64,000 nt of DNA, from NCBI GenBank assembly GCA_038239145.1, contig JBBSFB010000018.1, positions 6,560 to 70,559 of the forward strand, in the 5' to 3' direction. The position numbers were made by a program, and so were the translations under genes. Positions 17,155-27,031 of the stretch are shown in pieces. Source of the DNA: Acidimicrobiia bacterium. GTDB taxonomy: Bacteria; Actinomycetota; Acidimicrobiia; IMCC26256; PALSA-610. The notes beneath the pieces are model-generated. The model searched no databases, was not told the origin of the DNA, and was given only the letters and a program-made list of their open reading frames with translations. The first letter of the stretch is position 1. Each line of letters starts with the position of its first letter.

Positions 17155-17823
17155 TCAAAGGCGTAACAAGTAGTTCGCCAGGAGATCGGGATGCGCGAGC
17201 GACACGAGGTGGCCGCCGGGCACCACGTCGATGTCGATACCGAGTCGGTCGTGCGCCACCCGGCGTTGGAACTCGACCGGAAAGAAACGGTCGTCGGATC
17301 CGGCCACCGCTCGAATCGAGATCGACGGCCATGTGTCGAAGTCGCACGTCGACGCGAACGCGGCCTCGGTTTCGTCGCGTTGGTGGTGTTCGCCAACTGC
17401 TGCGATCCCCACCGGGACGTCGTGCAGGAAGTACGTCTCCGCATCGAAGTCGGTGCTGTACCCGCCGGCTTCGGCCGCCTTGATGCGCGCCTCGGACGCA
17501 CCGGTGTTGTCCCACCAGTCGCCCGGCGTCTCGTGCGGCACGGGGATCATCGCGTTCACAAAGGTCAACGACTCCACCGCCGCGCCTACGCACACCATCG
17601 GAGCGGTGAAACCACCCATCGACTGTGCGACCAGCGCGATGTCGGTGCGGCCGTCGATCGCGGCGAGCACCAGATCTGCGTATTCGGCGAGACCGGCGGC
17701 GTCGTCGTCGCCGGGGAGGTCGACCGCGATCGCGGTGTGGCCGGCGCGCTCCAACAACGGCACGATCCGACTCCAATACCAAGCGACCCCGCCCGCTCCG
17801 GGGATCAGGACGAACGCACTCAT
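17155..17823 (-). CDS. Alpha/beta hydrolase
   Basis: MSAFVLIPGAGG...VAQSMGG (GxSxG)...PGGHL. ATG 17823 lies inside the 478-aa track ORF. Confidence 0.8.
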   Translation of the reverse strand: MSAFVLIPGAGGVAWYWSRIVPLLERAGHTAIAVDLPGDDDAAGLAEYADLVLAAIDGRTDIALVAQSMGGFTAPMVCVGAAVESLTFVNAMIPVPHETPGDWWDNTGASEARIKAAEAGGYSTDFDAETYFLHDVPVGIAAVGEHHQRDETEAAFASTCDFDTWPSISIRAVAGSDDRFFPVEFQRRVAHDRLGIDIDVVPGGHLVSLAHPDLLANYLLRL

Positions 17824-17904
17824 ACCGGTACCGGCTCCTTCGTTCATGCCTTCGAGGTTCGACTTCCCGAGCGGGCAGAGCTCATCGGTGCCTGGGCCCG
17901 GCGC

Positions 17905-17934
17905 TTGCGGGGGCGAACATGTGTTCGCTATCGT
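17905..17934 (+). promoter_or_regulatory. Candidate promoter TTGCGG-18 nt-TATCGT of the imuA' operon
   Basis: The -35-like TTGCGG is at 17905-17910 and the -10-like TATCGT (TANNNT) at 17929-17934. The SOS box sits in the spacer, and GTG 17941 begins 7 nt after the -10. Confidence 0.4.
17914..17927. promoter_or_regulatory. LexA (SOS) box CGAACATGTGTTCG
   Basis: This is a perfect palindromic CGAAC-N4-GTTCG site, matching the Gram-positive/actinobacterial consensus. It lies directly upstream of imuA'. Confidence 0.75.
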
Positions 17935-17940
17935 CGACTC

Positions 17941-18606
17941 GTGGTCGCAGCCTCGATTTCCCCCAGCCTTCGCAATGATGGCTTGCCCCGGCGGGACGAG
18001 CATGCCCGGGCGCAGTTGCGGGCTGCCGCCACCCAGGCCGCTCCGGCGGTCCTGGCCTGTGACCGGCTCCTCGCCGTTCCCGGGCCGATGGGTCAGCTTC
18101 TTCCGGCGGGTGGAATCCAGCGTGGCAGCACGGTCGCGCTGGAGGGGCCACCGGGTTCGGGGTCGACGACCGTTGCGCTCATCCTCGCCGCGGCAACCAC
18201 CTCCGTAGGCGAGTGGGCGGCGGTCGTCGACCCCGACGGCACCGTGGGGGCCCGGGCCGCGGCCGAGCTCGGCGTCGCCCTGGAACGGTGCGCGATCGTC
18301 CGACGCGTCACGCCCGACCGATGGCTGACCGTCGTCGGCGCGTTGCTCGATGGTGTCTCGCTCGTCGTGGCTGCGGTGCCCCCCGGCTTGCGGTCCGGCG
18401 ACGCCCGCCGGCTCACGGCCCGAGCGCGGGAACGGGCCACCGTGCTCGTCACGCTCGGACCGTGGCCGGTCGAGGCTTCGCTTCGTCTCTCTACGCACGG
18501 TCGCGCCTGGTCGGGTCTTGCGAACGGCGGAGGTTTGCTCGCGCGCTGCGAGCCGGACGTGCGCGTCGAGGGAAAGCGGATGCGCGCGCACGCTCGGGCC
18601 GGATGA
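17941..18606 (+). CDS. imuA': ImuA' (RecA-fold, SOS mutasome accessory protein)
   Basis: LLPAGGIQRGSTVALEGPPGSGSTTVAL is a degenerate Walker-A. The position before imuB, with an ATGA overlap, supports the call. The start is uncertain: GTG 17941, or alternatively ATG 18088. Confidence 0.7.
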   Translation: MVAASISPSLRNDGLPRRDEHARAQLRAAATQAAPAVLACDRLLAVPGPMGQLLPAGGIQRGSTVALEGPPGSGSTTVALILAAATTSVGEWAAVVDPDGTVGARAAAELGVALERCAIVRRVTPDRWLTVVGALLDGVSLVVAAVPPGLRSGDARRLTARARERATVLVTLGPWPVEASLRLSTHGRAWSGLANGGGLLARCEPDVRVEGKRMRAHARAG

Positions 18607-20312
18607 GCACCCGCTCTGCCAGCCTCGCGGCCAGTCGCACGGCCGACCGCACCGCCAGTCGTACTGGGTGCGTGTGGTGTCCCGACTGGCCGGTGATCGC
18701 AGCGCGTAAACACGCCGACACCATCGGTCTCGCGGGTATGAGCTCGGGCGATCTGCGCAACCGACCCGTCATCGTGCGGGAACGGGTGGGGAGCCGCGAC
18801 ATCGTGCGGGCCGCGTCCACCGACGCGCGTGCGGTCGGTGTGATGCGCGGCATGCGCCGGCGGGAGGCCGAGGCCCGATGCCCGGAAGCAGTGTGTGTCG
18901 ATGTCGACGAAGCGAACGAGGCCCGCACGTTCGAGGTCGTCGCGCGCGCCATCGAGGTGTTCACACCCCGGGTCGTACTCGAGCGTCCCGGCCGCTGCGA
19001 GTTCCCCACTCGGGGCCCGTCGCGCTACTTCGGGGGTGACGACGCGCTCGCGGAGAAGATCCGCGCTGGTGTTGCGGCCGCGCTCGGTCCCGACGGTGAC
19101 GATGTGCGCGTCGGTATCGCCGACGGTGTGTTCGTCGCCCGGCTCGCGGCGAGGCGTTCGGTGGTCGTGCCTGCGGGCGGATCGGCCGAGTTCGTTGCGC
19201 CCTGGCCGGTGTCGGTACTGGACGACAACGATCTCGCGGGCCTGCTCATCCGCCTCGGTCTTCCGACGCTCGGCGCGGTCGCGGCGTTGGCGTCGGATGC
19301 TGTGCTCGCCCGGTTCGGGTCGGAAGGGCGGCGGATCCACGAGCTCGCCCGGGGCATCGATCCCGGTCCGTCCGTACTCGTCGCGCCCCCGTCCGATCTC
19401 GTCGAGCGCACCGAGCTGGATCCGCCCGCGGAACGGGTCGACATCGCCGCGTTCGCGGCCAAGGAGCTTGCCGACCGTCTGCTCGAACGGTTGGCGGAAC
19501 GGGGTCTTGCGTGCACGCGCGTGCTCGTGGAGGTGGAGACCGAGCACGGCGAACGGCTCACCCGGTGTTGGCGGCACGCCCGTTCCGCGCTCGGCGACGC
19601 GCTCACCCCCGGAGTGCTGGCCGAACGCGTGCGCTGGCAACTCGACGCGTGGATCAACACGGGGGAGACGACCGCCGGTATCACGAGCTTGATGCTGACC
19701 CCCGACGAGGTCGTGCCCGCCGACGGGCGCCAGCTGGGGTTCTGGGGTGGCGATCAGGTCGCGCACCAGCGCGCCGATCGCGCGCTCGCGCGCATCCAGG
19801 GCATGCTCGGCTTCGACGCGGTCACCACTGCGGTCGTGCAAGGCGGCCGGACCGCAGCAGAGCAGGCTCGCTTCGTCCCGTGGGGAGAGCCGCGCGATCC
19901 CGAGCGCCCGCTCGCGGTTGGCACCGAGGTCGCGGCGTGGCCGGGCGCGCTGCCGCCCCCGTTCCCGGCCCGTGTGTTCGATCCGCCGTTCCCGGCCGAG
20001 CTCCTCGACGCCCGGGGGAACGCGGTCGCGGTGAACGGCCGGGGTGAGCAGGTACGCGCCCCCGCCCACGTACGCAGTCGAGTGCTTCCTGAGGGTGGGG
20101 GCGCCGTGCACGCGTGGGCGGGGCCGTGGGCGCACGACGTGCGGTGGTGGGATCCCGCCGCGCACCGGCGGTGTGCAAGGTGGCAGGTCGTGGTCCGTGC
20201 GGACGAAGCGCAGCGCCGCGGTGCCCGAGGGAGCCATGGTGATGTCAACCACGTTGCGTGCATCGTCGTCGTTGTTGGTGGTCGAGCAGGAATCGAAGCC
20301 ATCTACGACTGA
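18603..20312 (+). CDS. imuB: ImuB (Y-family polymerase-like, catalytically inactive adaptor)
   Basis: WCPDWPV start motif, Y-family-like core, and a C-terminus ending ...IEAIYD as in the ImuB family. Confidence 0.9.
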   Translation: MSTRSASLAASRTADRTASRTGCVWCPDWPVIAARKHADTIGLAGMSSGDLRNRPVIVRERVGSRDIVRAASTDARAVGVMRGMRRREAEARCPEAVCVDVDEANEARTFEVVARAIEVFTPRVVLERPGRCEFPTRGPSRYFGGDDALAEKIRAGVAAALGPDGDDVRVGIADGVFVARLAARRSVVVPAGGSAEFVAPWPVSVLDDNDLAGLLIRLGLPTLGAVAALASDAVLARFGSEGRRIHELARGIDPGPSVLVAPPSDLVERTELDPPAERVDIAAFAAKELADRLLERLAERGLACTRVLVEVETEHGERLTRCWRHARSALGDALTPGVLAERVRWQLDAWINTGETTAGITSLMLTPDEVVPADGRQLGFWGGDQVAHQRADRALARIQGMLGFDAVTTAVVQGGRTAAEQARFVPWGEPRDPERPLAVGTEVAAWPGALPPPFPARVFDPPFPAELLDARGNAVAVNGRGEQVRAPAHVRSRVLPEGGGAVHAWAGPWAHDVRWWDPAAHRRCARWQVVVRADEAQRRGARGSHGDVNHVACIVVVVGGRAGIEAIYD

Positions 20313-20353
20313 CCAACCACTCATCAGTTTCATCGACGATTCGGACCGGCGCT

Positions 20354-23300
20354 GTGTACGCGGAGTTGCACTGCCATTCGAACTTCTCGTTCCTCGACGG
20401 CGCGAGCCATCCCGAGGAGTTGGCCGAAGAGGCGTCGCGCCTCGGCCTGGCCGCGCTCGCGATCACCGATCACGACGGCTTCTACGGGATCGTGCGCTTC
20501 GCGGAAGCGGCGCGTCTGCTCGGGTTGCCGACCGTGTTCGGTACCGAACTGACCCTCGGCACCCGTCAGGTTCCCAATGGGCCGGCGAATGGAATCGCCG
20601 ACCCGCCGGGTGAGCACCTGATCGTGCTCGCGCAAGGGACCGTCGGGTACGCCCGGCTCGCGCAGGCGATCAGCCGAGGTCAGCTCGCGGGGGAGAAGGG
20701 CGCACCCCGCACCTCGGTCGCGCAGCTGGCCGAGGCTGCTCGCCTGCCGGTGCACGGTCACGGTCCGAGCACTGCAAACGATCATTGGTTCGTGCTCACC
20801 GGTTGCCGTAAGGGGCCGGTCCCGGCCGCGCTCGTCCGCGACGGTCCCGCCGCGGCCGAGCGCGCGTTGCGGCAGTTGGTCGACGGCTTCGGCGCCGAGC
20901 GGGTCCTGGTCGAGCTCTGGGATCACGGTGATCCGCTCGACCGGTACCGCAACGACGCGCTGGCGCAGGTGGCCATGCGGGTCGGGGTCGAGGTCGTGGC
21001 CACGAACAACGTGCACTACGCCACTCCGGCCCGGCGTCCGCTCGCGCAGGCGCTCGCCGCGGTACGGGCCCGGCGGTCGCTCGACGAGATCGACGGCTGG
21101 TTGCCGGCCGCGCCGTTCGCGCACTTGCGCAGTGCGGCCGAGCAGCGGCGCCGATTCGCACGCTGGCCGGGTGCGGTCGAACGGACCGTCGAGATCGCGC
21201 AGGCGTGTGCGTTCGACCTGAAACTCGCCGCGCCCCGGTTACCCGATGCGTCGGTGCCGGAAGGGTTCGACGAGATGTCGTGGTTGCGCGAGCTCGTGCG
21301 CCGGGGCGCAGCGGTGTTCTATCCCGAGAGCCATCCGAAGCACGCGCAGGCGATGCAACAGATCGCCTACGAGCTGACCGTGATCGAGCAGCTCGGATTT
21401 CCCGGCTACTTCTTGTTGCTGCACGACATCGTCGAGTTCTGTCGCCTCTCCGACATCTATTGCCAGGGGCGGGGGAGCGCGGCGAACAGCGCGGTCTGCT
21501 ACTCGCTCGGTGTCACCAAGGCCGACGCGGTCACGCTCGGGTTGTTGTTCGAGCGATTCCTCTCACCCGAACGTGACGGCCCGCCCGACATCGACCTCGA
21601 CATCGAACACCAACGCCGCGAAGAGGTGATCCAGTACGTCTACGAACGCTACGGACGCGATCGGGCCGCACAGGTGGCCAACGTCGTGACGTACCGACCC
21701 CGTTCCGCCTTGCGGGAGATGGCGAAGGCGGCCGGGGTCGCGCCCGGACAGGCCGACGCGTTGGGCAAGTGGGTCGACCGTTGGGCCGCCGGTCCCGAGG
21801 CGTTCGGTGAGCTGACCGACAAAGCGCTCGAGGACCACCGTCAGGTCACGCCCCGAAACGTTCGGCGATTCGAACGGACGGCCCGCGATCGCACGCGCGA
21901 CGGCGTGCCGCTCGACGGTCCCGACGCCACCACCAGACCACCCGCGATCCCGCCCCTCGCGCTCGAGCTCGCGAGCGCGGTCATCGACTTCCCGCGCCAC
22001 CTCGGCATCCACTCGGGCGGCATGGTGATGGCCGACCGCCCGCTCGTGGAGTTCTGCCCGATCGAATGGGCGCGCATGGAAGGGCGTTCGGTGTTGCAGT
22101 GGGACAAGGACGACTGCGCGGCCGCCGGTCTGGTGAAGTTCGACCTGCTCGGGTTGGGCATGTTGACGATGTTGCACATCGCGGTCGATCTGGTGCGGGC
22201 CCAGGGCGTCGACATCGACCTCGCCACGATCCCGCAAGAAGACGAGGTGTACGACCTCTTGTGCGCGGCCGACACGGTCGGCGTGTTCCAAGTGGAGAGC
22301 CGAGCGCAGATGGCCACGCTGCCGCGCCTGCGCCCCCGCTGTTTCTACGACCTCGTGGTCGAGGTCGCGCTCATCCGCCCCGGCCCGATCCAGGGCGGAT
22401 CGGTGCATCCCTACCTGCGGCGCCGCAACGGTGAGGAAGAGGTCACGTACATCCATCCGTTGACGAAGCCGTGCCTCGAAAAGACGCTCGGCGTTCCGCT
22501 GTTCCAAGAACAGCTCATGCAGCTTGCGGTCGACTGTGCCGGATTCAGCGCCGCCGAAGCCGACCAGTTGCGTCAGGCGATGGGTTCCAAACGCAGCCAG
22601 GCCCGAATGGAGCGCATGCGGGAACGGCTGATGGCCGGGATGGCCGAGCGCGGGATCACCGGCGACACCGCCGAGGAGATCTACACGAAGTTGCGGGCCT
22701 TCTCCAACTTCGGTTTCCCCGAGAGTCACTCGGTGAGCTTCGCCTACCTCGTCTATTCCAGCTCGTGGATCAAGTACCACTACCCGGCCGAGTTCGCGGC
22801 GTCGTTGTTGAACGCGCAGCCGATGGGCTTCTACTCGCCGCACACGATCGTGCGCGACGCGCGTCGCCACGGTGTGCAGGTGCTCGGTCCCGATCTCAAT
22901 GCGTCGTGCCGCGACGCGACCCTCGAACCCCGCATGCTCGACACCGAACCGGTGGGCCGCCCGTTGCGCGGCTTCCACGCGGAACCGTCGCACCTCGCCG
23001 TCCGGCTCGGCCTGCGCAGCGTGCGCGGGCTGCACGACGCCTTGCTCGATCGCGTCGACGACGAGCGCGCGGAACGTGTCTTCACCGACCTCGAAGACTT
23101 CGTACGCCGAACCGGTGCAACCGTCGACCAGGTCGAGGCGTTGGCGACCGCGGGCGCGTTCGAGGGTTGCTTCGGTCAGTCGCGCCGCGCCGCGTTGTGG
23201 GCCGCGGGCGCGCTCGGGACCGCCCGACCCAACGCGCGCCGTGACGGCTCGGTGGTGGAGACGTTGCCCGGCATGATCACCGGCACCGACGCGCCCGCGC

Positions 23301-23728
23301 TCCCGGGGATGACCGAGATGGAGACGGTCTATGCCGACCTGTGGGCGATGGGCATGAGCGTGGGCAAGCACCCGACCGAGTTCGTCCGGGAAGAGTTGAC
23401 CCGTCAGGGGGTGGTGACGAACGCGCAGCTCCGCGAGCTTCCCGACCGGACGGTGGTCGAGATCGCGGGAGTGGTCACCCATCGCCAACAACCGGCGACG
23501 GCGAAGGGCACCGTCTTCTTGAACATCGAGGACGAGACCGGGCTCACCAACGTGATCTGCGCCAAGGGCGTGTGGAAACGGTTCCGCATCGTGGCGCGGG
23601 GCGCGCCCGCGCTCCGGGTCCGGGGAGTGCTGGAGAAGCACCAGGGCGTGATCAACCTCGTCGCCGGTCGCATCACTCGTCTTCCGATAAGTCTTGGGGA
23701 TCATCTGAAGTCGCGCGACTTCCACTGA
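20354..23728 (+). CDS. dnaE2: Error-prone DNA polymerase III alpha subunit DnaE2
   Basis: YAELHCHSNFSFLDGAS is the PHP domain, followed by the pol III alpha core (about 1,120 aa). GTG 20354 is chosen because the track ORF start 20258 lies inside imuB. Confidence 0.93.
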   Translation: MYAELHCHSNFSFLDGASHPEELAEEASRLGLAALAITDHDGFYGIVRFAEAARLLGLPTVFGTELTLGTRQVPNGPANGIADPPGEHLIVLAQGTVGYARLAQAISRGQLAGEKGAPRTSVAQLAEAARLPVHGHGPSTANDHWFVLTGCRKGPVPAALVRDGPAAAERALRQLVDGFGAERVLVELWDHGDPLDRYRNDALAQVAMRVGVEVVATNNVHYATPARRPLAQALAAVRARRSLDEIDGWLPAAPFAHLRSAAEQRRRFARWPGAVERTVEIAQACAFDLKLAAPRLPDASVPEGFDEMSWLRELVRRGAAVFYPESHPKHAQAMQQIAYELTVIEQLGFPGYFLLLHDIVEFCRLSDIYCQGRGSAANSAVCYSLGVTKADAVTLGLLFERFLSPERDGPPDIDLDIEHQRREEVIQYVYERYGRDRAAQVANVVTYRPRSALREMAKAAGVAPGQADALGKWVDRWAAGPEAFGELTDKALEDHRQVTPRNVRRFERTARDRTRDGVPLDGPDATTRPPAIPPLALELASAVIDFPRHLGIHSGGMVMADRPLVEFCPIEWARMEGRSVLQWDKDDCAAAGLVKFDLLGLGMLTMLHIAVDLVRAQGVDIDLATIPQEDEVYDLLCAADTVGVFQVESRAQMATLPRLRPRCFYDLVVEVALIRPGPIQGGSVHPYLRRRNGEEEVTYIHPLTKPCLEKTLGVPLFQEQLMQLAVDCAGFSAAEADQLRQAMGSKRSQARMERMRERLMAGMAERGITGDTAEEIYTKLRAFSNFGFPESHSVSFAYLVYSSSWIKYHYPAEFAASLLNAQPMGFYSPHTIVRDARRHGVQVLGPDLNASCRDATLEPRMLDTEPVGRPLRGFHAEPSHLAVRLGLRSVRGLHDALLDRVDDERAERVFTDLEDFVRRTGATVDQVEALATAGAFEGCFGQSRRAALWAAGALGTARPNARRDGSVVETLPGMITGTDAPALPGMTEMETVYADLWAMGMSVGKHPTEFVREELTRQGVVTNAQLRELPDRTVVEIAGVVTHRQQPATAKGTVFLNIEDETGLTNVICAKGVWKRFRIVARGAPALRVRGVLEKHQGVINLVAGRITRLPISLGDHLKSRDFH

Positions 23729-23865
23729 CACCGACGAAGCTGCCCATCCGGTTCGGTCACTGGAGGTTCTCGGTCGATTCCGTACCGCATACGCGTACGG
23801 ATCGACGCGAGAACGGGATACCTGGCGGACCGGCGGCCGGGAACGAAAAGCGCGAGACTCGAGGT

Positions 23866-24987
23866 ATGACCGAGACGATCGGGCCCTGCATCTCCGCCGA
23901 TTCGCACATCACCGAACCGCCGGGCACCTATATCGATCGCATCGATCCCGCCTATCGCGACCGGGCGCCGCGTCTGCATCATCACGACGTCCTCGGCGAC
24001 GTGATGCTGATCGACAACGGCAAGAGCCTCGTGCCGTTCTGGCTCGTCGCCGCAGCCGGGCGCCCGACGGACGAGATCCGGCTCGACATCGACAAGCGCT
24101 TCGACGACCTCTGGCGGGGAGGGTGGGATCCCGTCGCGCGCCTCGTCGATCAGGACACCGACGGAGTCTCGGCCGAGGTCATCTATCCCTCGGTCGGCAT
24201 GCTGCTCTGCAACCACCCCGACGCCGAATATCAACACGCGTGCTTCGACGCGTACAACCTCTGGATCGCCGAGTTCTGCGCGACCGCGCCCGAGCGGCTG
24301 ATCGGCCTCGGTCAGTCCGCGCTCGTCACGCCCGAAAACGGCATCCGCGACCTCGAAGCGATCAAGCGCCTCGGGCTGAAGGGCGTGATGCTCCCGGGCA
24401 AACCGCCGGGGGAGAAGGACTACGACGACCCGATGTACGACGAGCTCTGGGACGCGATCGTCGATCTCGGGCTGCCGCCGTCGTTCCATATCCTCACGAG
24501 CCGGACCGACACTCCCGGTGCCGATCACGTGCGGGGCCCGAAGCTCAACAGCTTCATGAGCATCGTGCGCGGCAATCAGGACATCATCGGCACGCTCATC
24601 TTCGGTGCGGTGTTCGAACGCCACCCCGACCTTCGGGTCGTGTGCGTGGAAGCCGACGCCGGTTGGGCGCCGCACTGGATGTACCGCGCCGACCACGGCT
24701 ACGACCGGCACCGCAACTGGCTCACCGCGGGCGAGCTGACCCGGCGCCCGAGCGAATGGTTCGCCGACAACGTGTACCTCACGTTCCAGGACGACTGGGT
24801 CGCGTTCCGTACCGCGCACCTGATGAATCCGGAACGACTGATGTGGGCGAACGACTTCCCGCACAGCGACGCGACGTGGCCCAACAGCCAGGAACTCCTG
24901 GCCGAGCACGCGATGCAGCTCGACGAACGATCCCGCAGCCGCATCCTGCACGACAACGTCGCCGAGCTCTACGGCATCACCGTCTAG
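23866..24987 (+). CDS. Amidohydrolase_2 (ACMSD-like metal-dependent hydrolase/decarboxylase)
   Basis: SADSHITEP..., NDFPHSD and LHDNVAELYG are typical of the family. ATG 23866. Confidence 0.85.
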   Translation: MTETIGPCISADSHITEPPGTYIDRIDPAYRDRAPRLHHHDVLGDVMLIDNGKSLVPFWLVAAAGRPTDEIRLDIDKRFDDLWRGGWDPVARLVDQDTDGVSAEVIYPSVGMLLCNHPDAEYQHACFDAYNLWIAEFCATAPERLIGLGQSALVTPENGIRDLEAIKRLGLKGVMLPGKPPGEKDYDDPMYDELWDAIVDLGLPPSFHILTSRTDTPGADHVRGPKLNSFMSIVRGNQDIIGTLIFGAVFERHPDLRVVCVEADAGWAPHWMYRADHGYDRHRNWLTAGELTRRPSEWFADNVYLTFQDDWVAFRTAHLMNPERLMWANDFPHSDATWPNSQELLAEHAMQLDERSRSRILHDNVAELYGITV

Positions 24988-25032
24988 CTGCTCGGAAAAG
25001 TCCGGAGTTCGCCGCGGCGATGCTTCGTAGGA

Positions 25033-26283
25033 TTGGTCCCTATGGGGCTGCTGATCGACACCACGCCCCTGCGAGTGTCGCGTGACTTCCGACGGCTCTG
25101 GATCGGGCAGGCCGTATCGTTTCTCGGCAGCACCATGACCGCGGCCGCGCTGCCGTTCCAGGTCTACGAGCGGACCCATTCGTCGGTCGCGGTCGGATTG
25201 CTCGGCGTGGCCCAGCTCGGCCCGCTACTCGTCTTCTCCATCATCGGTGGTGCGCTTGCGGACAGCGTCGACAAACGTGTATTGCTGATCGGGGTCACTC
25301 TCGCCGCGCTGCTGTGCGCGACCGGGCTCGCGGTCAACGCCTCACTCGACCACCCGCAGCTCTGGCTCTTGTACGTCCTCGGGGCCGCCGCCGCGGGTGT
25401 TACCGCGGTGACATTCCCGGTGCTGCGCTCGCTCCTCCCCCTGCTGCTCGACGAATCACTGCGGCCGGCCGCGTTCGCGTTGCAGTCGACGTACGGCTCG
25501 TTCGGCATGATGGCCGGGCCCGCTGTGGGCGGAGTGCTCATCGGCGTCGTCGGCCTCACCGCGACGTACCGGGTCGATGTTGCGACGTACGCCGCGGCTT
25601 TGATCACGTTCGCGGGCATCGCGGCGTCGCCCCCGGTAGGGGACGGGCAGAGGGCGTCGCTCGCGTCGGTCGTGCACGGGTTGCGGTTCCTGCGCGGGCA
25701 GTCCGTCATCATGAGCGTGTTCGGCATCGACCTGCTCGCGATGATCTTCGGTATGCCCCGAGCGCTCTTCCCGGCGCTGACCGCGCGTCTCGGCGGCGGT
25801 CCGGTTCTCTACGGGTTCCTACTCTCGTCGGTCGCGGCCGGTGCGTTCCTGGCGTCCGTCACGAGTGGATGGACGGGCCGGATCGAGCGCCAGGGCCGTG
25901 CGGTCCTGTGGGCCGTCGCGGTGTGGGGCGCGGCGATCGCGGTCGCCGGGCTCACGTTGAGCACGACGGTGGTGTTGGTCTGCTTTGCCGTCGCGGGTGC
26001 GGCCGACATGATCTCGGGGGTCTACCGCTCGGCGATCGCGGGCGACGTGACGCCCGATGATCTGCGGGGCCGGATCAGCGGCGTCGAGATCGCGGTGTAC
26101 GCGGGCGGTCCGCAGTTGGGCGACATCGAGGCCGGTGTAGTGGGTGGCCTCGTGGGCTTGCCGTTCGCGATCGTCTCGGGAGGAGTTGCCTGCGTAGCTG
26201 CGGCGGGCGTGTTTGCGATGCGGGTGAAATCGTTCGCGCGCTATGTCAGCCCCGTCCCGAAGACCGCCGCGCGCGTGGAGTAG
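25033..26283 (+). CDS. MFS transporter (EntS/DUF894-like)
   Basis: FRRLWIGQAVSFLGS..., about 12 hydrophobic segments. TTG 25033, or alternatively ATG 25042. Confidence 0.85.
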   Translation: MVPMGLLIDTTPLRVSRDFRRLWIGQAVSFLGSTMTAAALPFQVYERTHSSVAVGLLGVAQLGPLLVFSIIGGALADSVDKRVLLIGVTLAALLCATGLAVNASLDHPQLWLLYVLGAAAAGVTAVTFPVLRSLLPLLLDESLRPAAFALQSTYGSFGMMAGPAVGGVLIGVVGLTATYRVDVATYAAALITFAGIAASPPVGDGQRASLASVVHGLRFLRGQSVIMSVFGIDLLAMIFGMPRALFPALTARLGGGPVLYGFLLSSVAAGAFLASVTSGWTGRIERQGRAVLWAVAVWGAAIAVAGLTLSTTVVLVCFAVAGAADMISGVYRSAIAGDVTPDDLRGRISGVEIAVYAGGPQLGDIEAGVVGGLVGLPFAIVSGGVACVAAAGVFAMRVKSFARYVSPVPKTAARVE

Positions 26284-26291
26284 CTCGGGGA

Positions 26292-26933
26292 TCAGGTCGG
26301 GTGCAGCTCCGCGCGCCGGTGCTGCCCGAGCGACAAGAGCACGAAGCGCATGATCCGGTCCCGGTCGAGTTCGCGGATGAGCACGAACTCGACCCGAGTC
26401 AGCGGCTTCCCGATCGTGGGGAGCTCCTCGCGCGGGAGCACCCGGCCGATGAGGGCGAAGGGGACTTCGTCGTCGTCGAAGGCAAACGACATTGCGATCG
26501 TCGCGCCCTCGGGCGGGGTCAAGTCGGCCAGTATCGAACAGCCCCCGCCGCCGAGATCGCGGACGTCGCCCTCGAACGTCGCCCAGCCGTTCGTCTCCGC
26601 GTCGAGGACCGCGCACGTCGCGGGGACGTGCCGGTGGACCCGCGCGTAGGCGCGCCTTTGGATCGCGGTGTTGTCGTTCGGGGCGTCGATCACCAGCCGG
26701 GTCGTTCCGCTGCGAACCACCGGAACGTGAATGAGGTAGACGCTGTAGCGGCCGAGGCAGGTGAGCTGGACCTCGGCGATCCCGGCCCATTCGTCGGGCA
26801 GATGTTCGTCCTCCTGCGCGGTCAGCGTGATGTGGCCGTCTTGGACCAGGTCCACGGTCATCCGCCACGGAGCGTCGTCGGGAGCGGTGGCGACGAGCAC
26901 GGGTTGACCGACCTCGAGCAACGGAGACGTCAC
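26292..26933 (-). CDS. PilZ domain-containing protein (YcgR-like two-domain layout)
   Basis: QRRAYARV (RxxxR) and DLGGGGCSI, a variant of DxSxxG, with about 26 residues between them in the C-terminal half. GTG start at 26933. Confidence 0.65.
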   Translation of the reverse strand: MTSPLLEVGQPVLVATAPDDAPWRMTVDLVQDGHITLTAQEDEHLPDEWAGIAEVQLTCLGRYSVYLIHVPVVRSGTTRLVIDAPNDNTAIQRRAYARVHRHVPATCAVLDAETNGWATFEGDVRDLGGGGCSILADLTPPEGATIAMSFAFDDDEVPFALIGRVLPREELPTIGKPLTRVEFVLIRELDRDRIMRFVLLSLGQHRRAELHPT

Positions 26934-27031
26934 GCCATCTCTATCGACAGATGGTGGGACGAGTCGTACCCGAACCGGGTAGCCTCGACGGGTTCCGGAG
27001 GACTTCAGATGGCTGACCCGCCGAGTTCGTC

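Noticed and set aside
20536-20549. GTTCGGTACCGAAC palindrome inside dnaE2, resembling LexA half-sites.
   Set aside because: The half-sites are in the wrong orientation (GTTC...GAAC rather than GAAC-N4-GTTC) and the spacing differs. The site lies within coding sequence encoding ...VFGTEL...
23729-23865. A short palindrome CCGTAC-cgcatacgc-GTACGG between dnaE2 and the amidohydrolase gene, considered as an operator or terminator.
   Set aside because: It has only a 6-bp stem, no T-tract and no repeat elsewhere in the window. The support is insufficient for a call.
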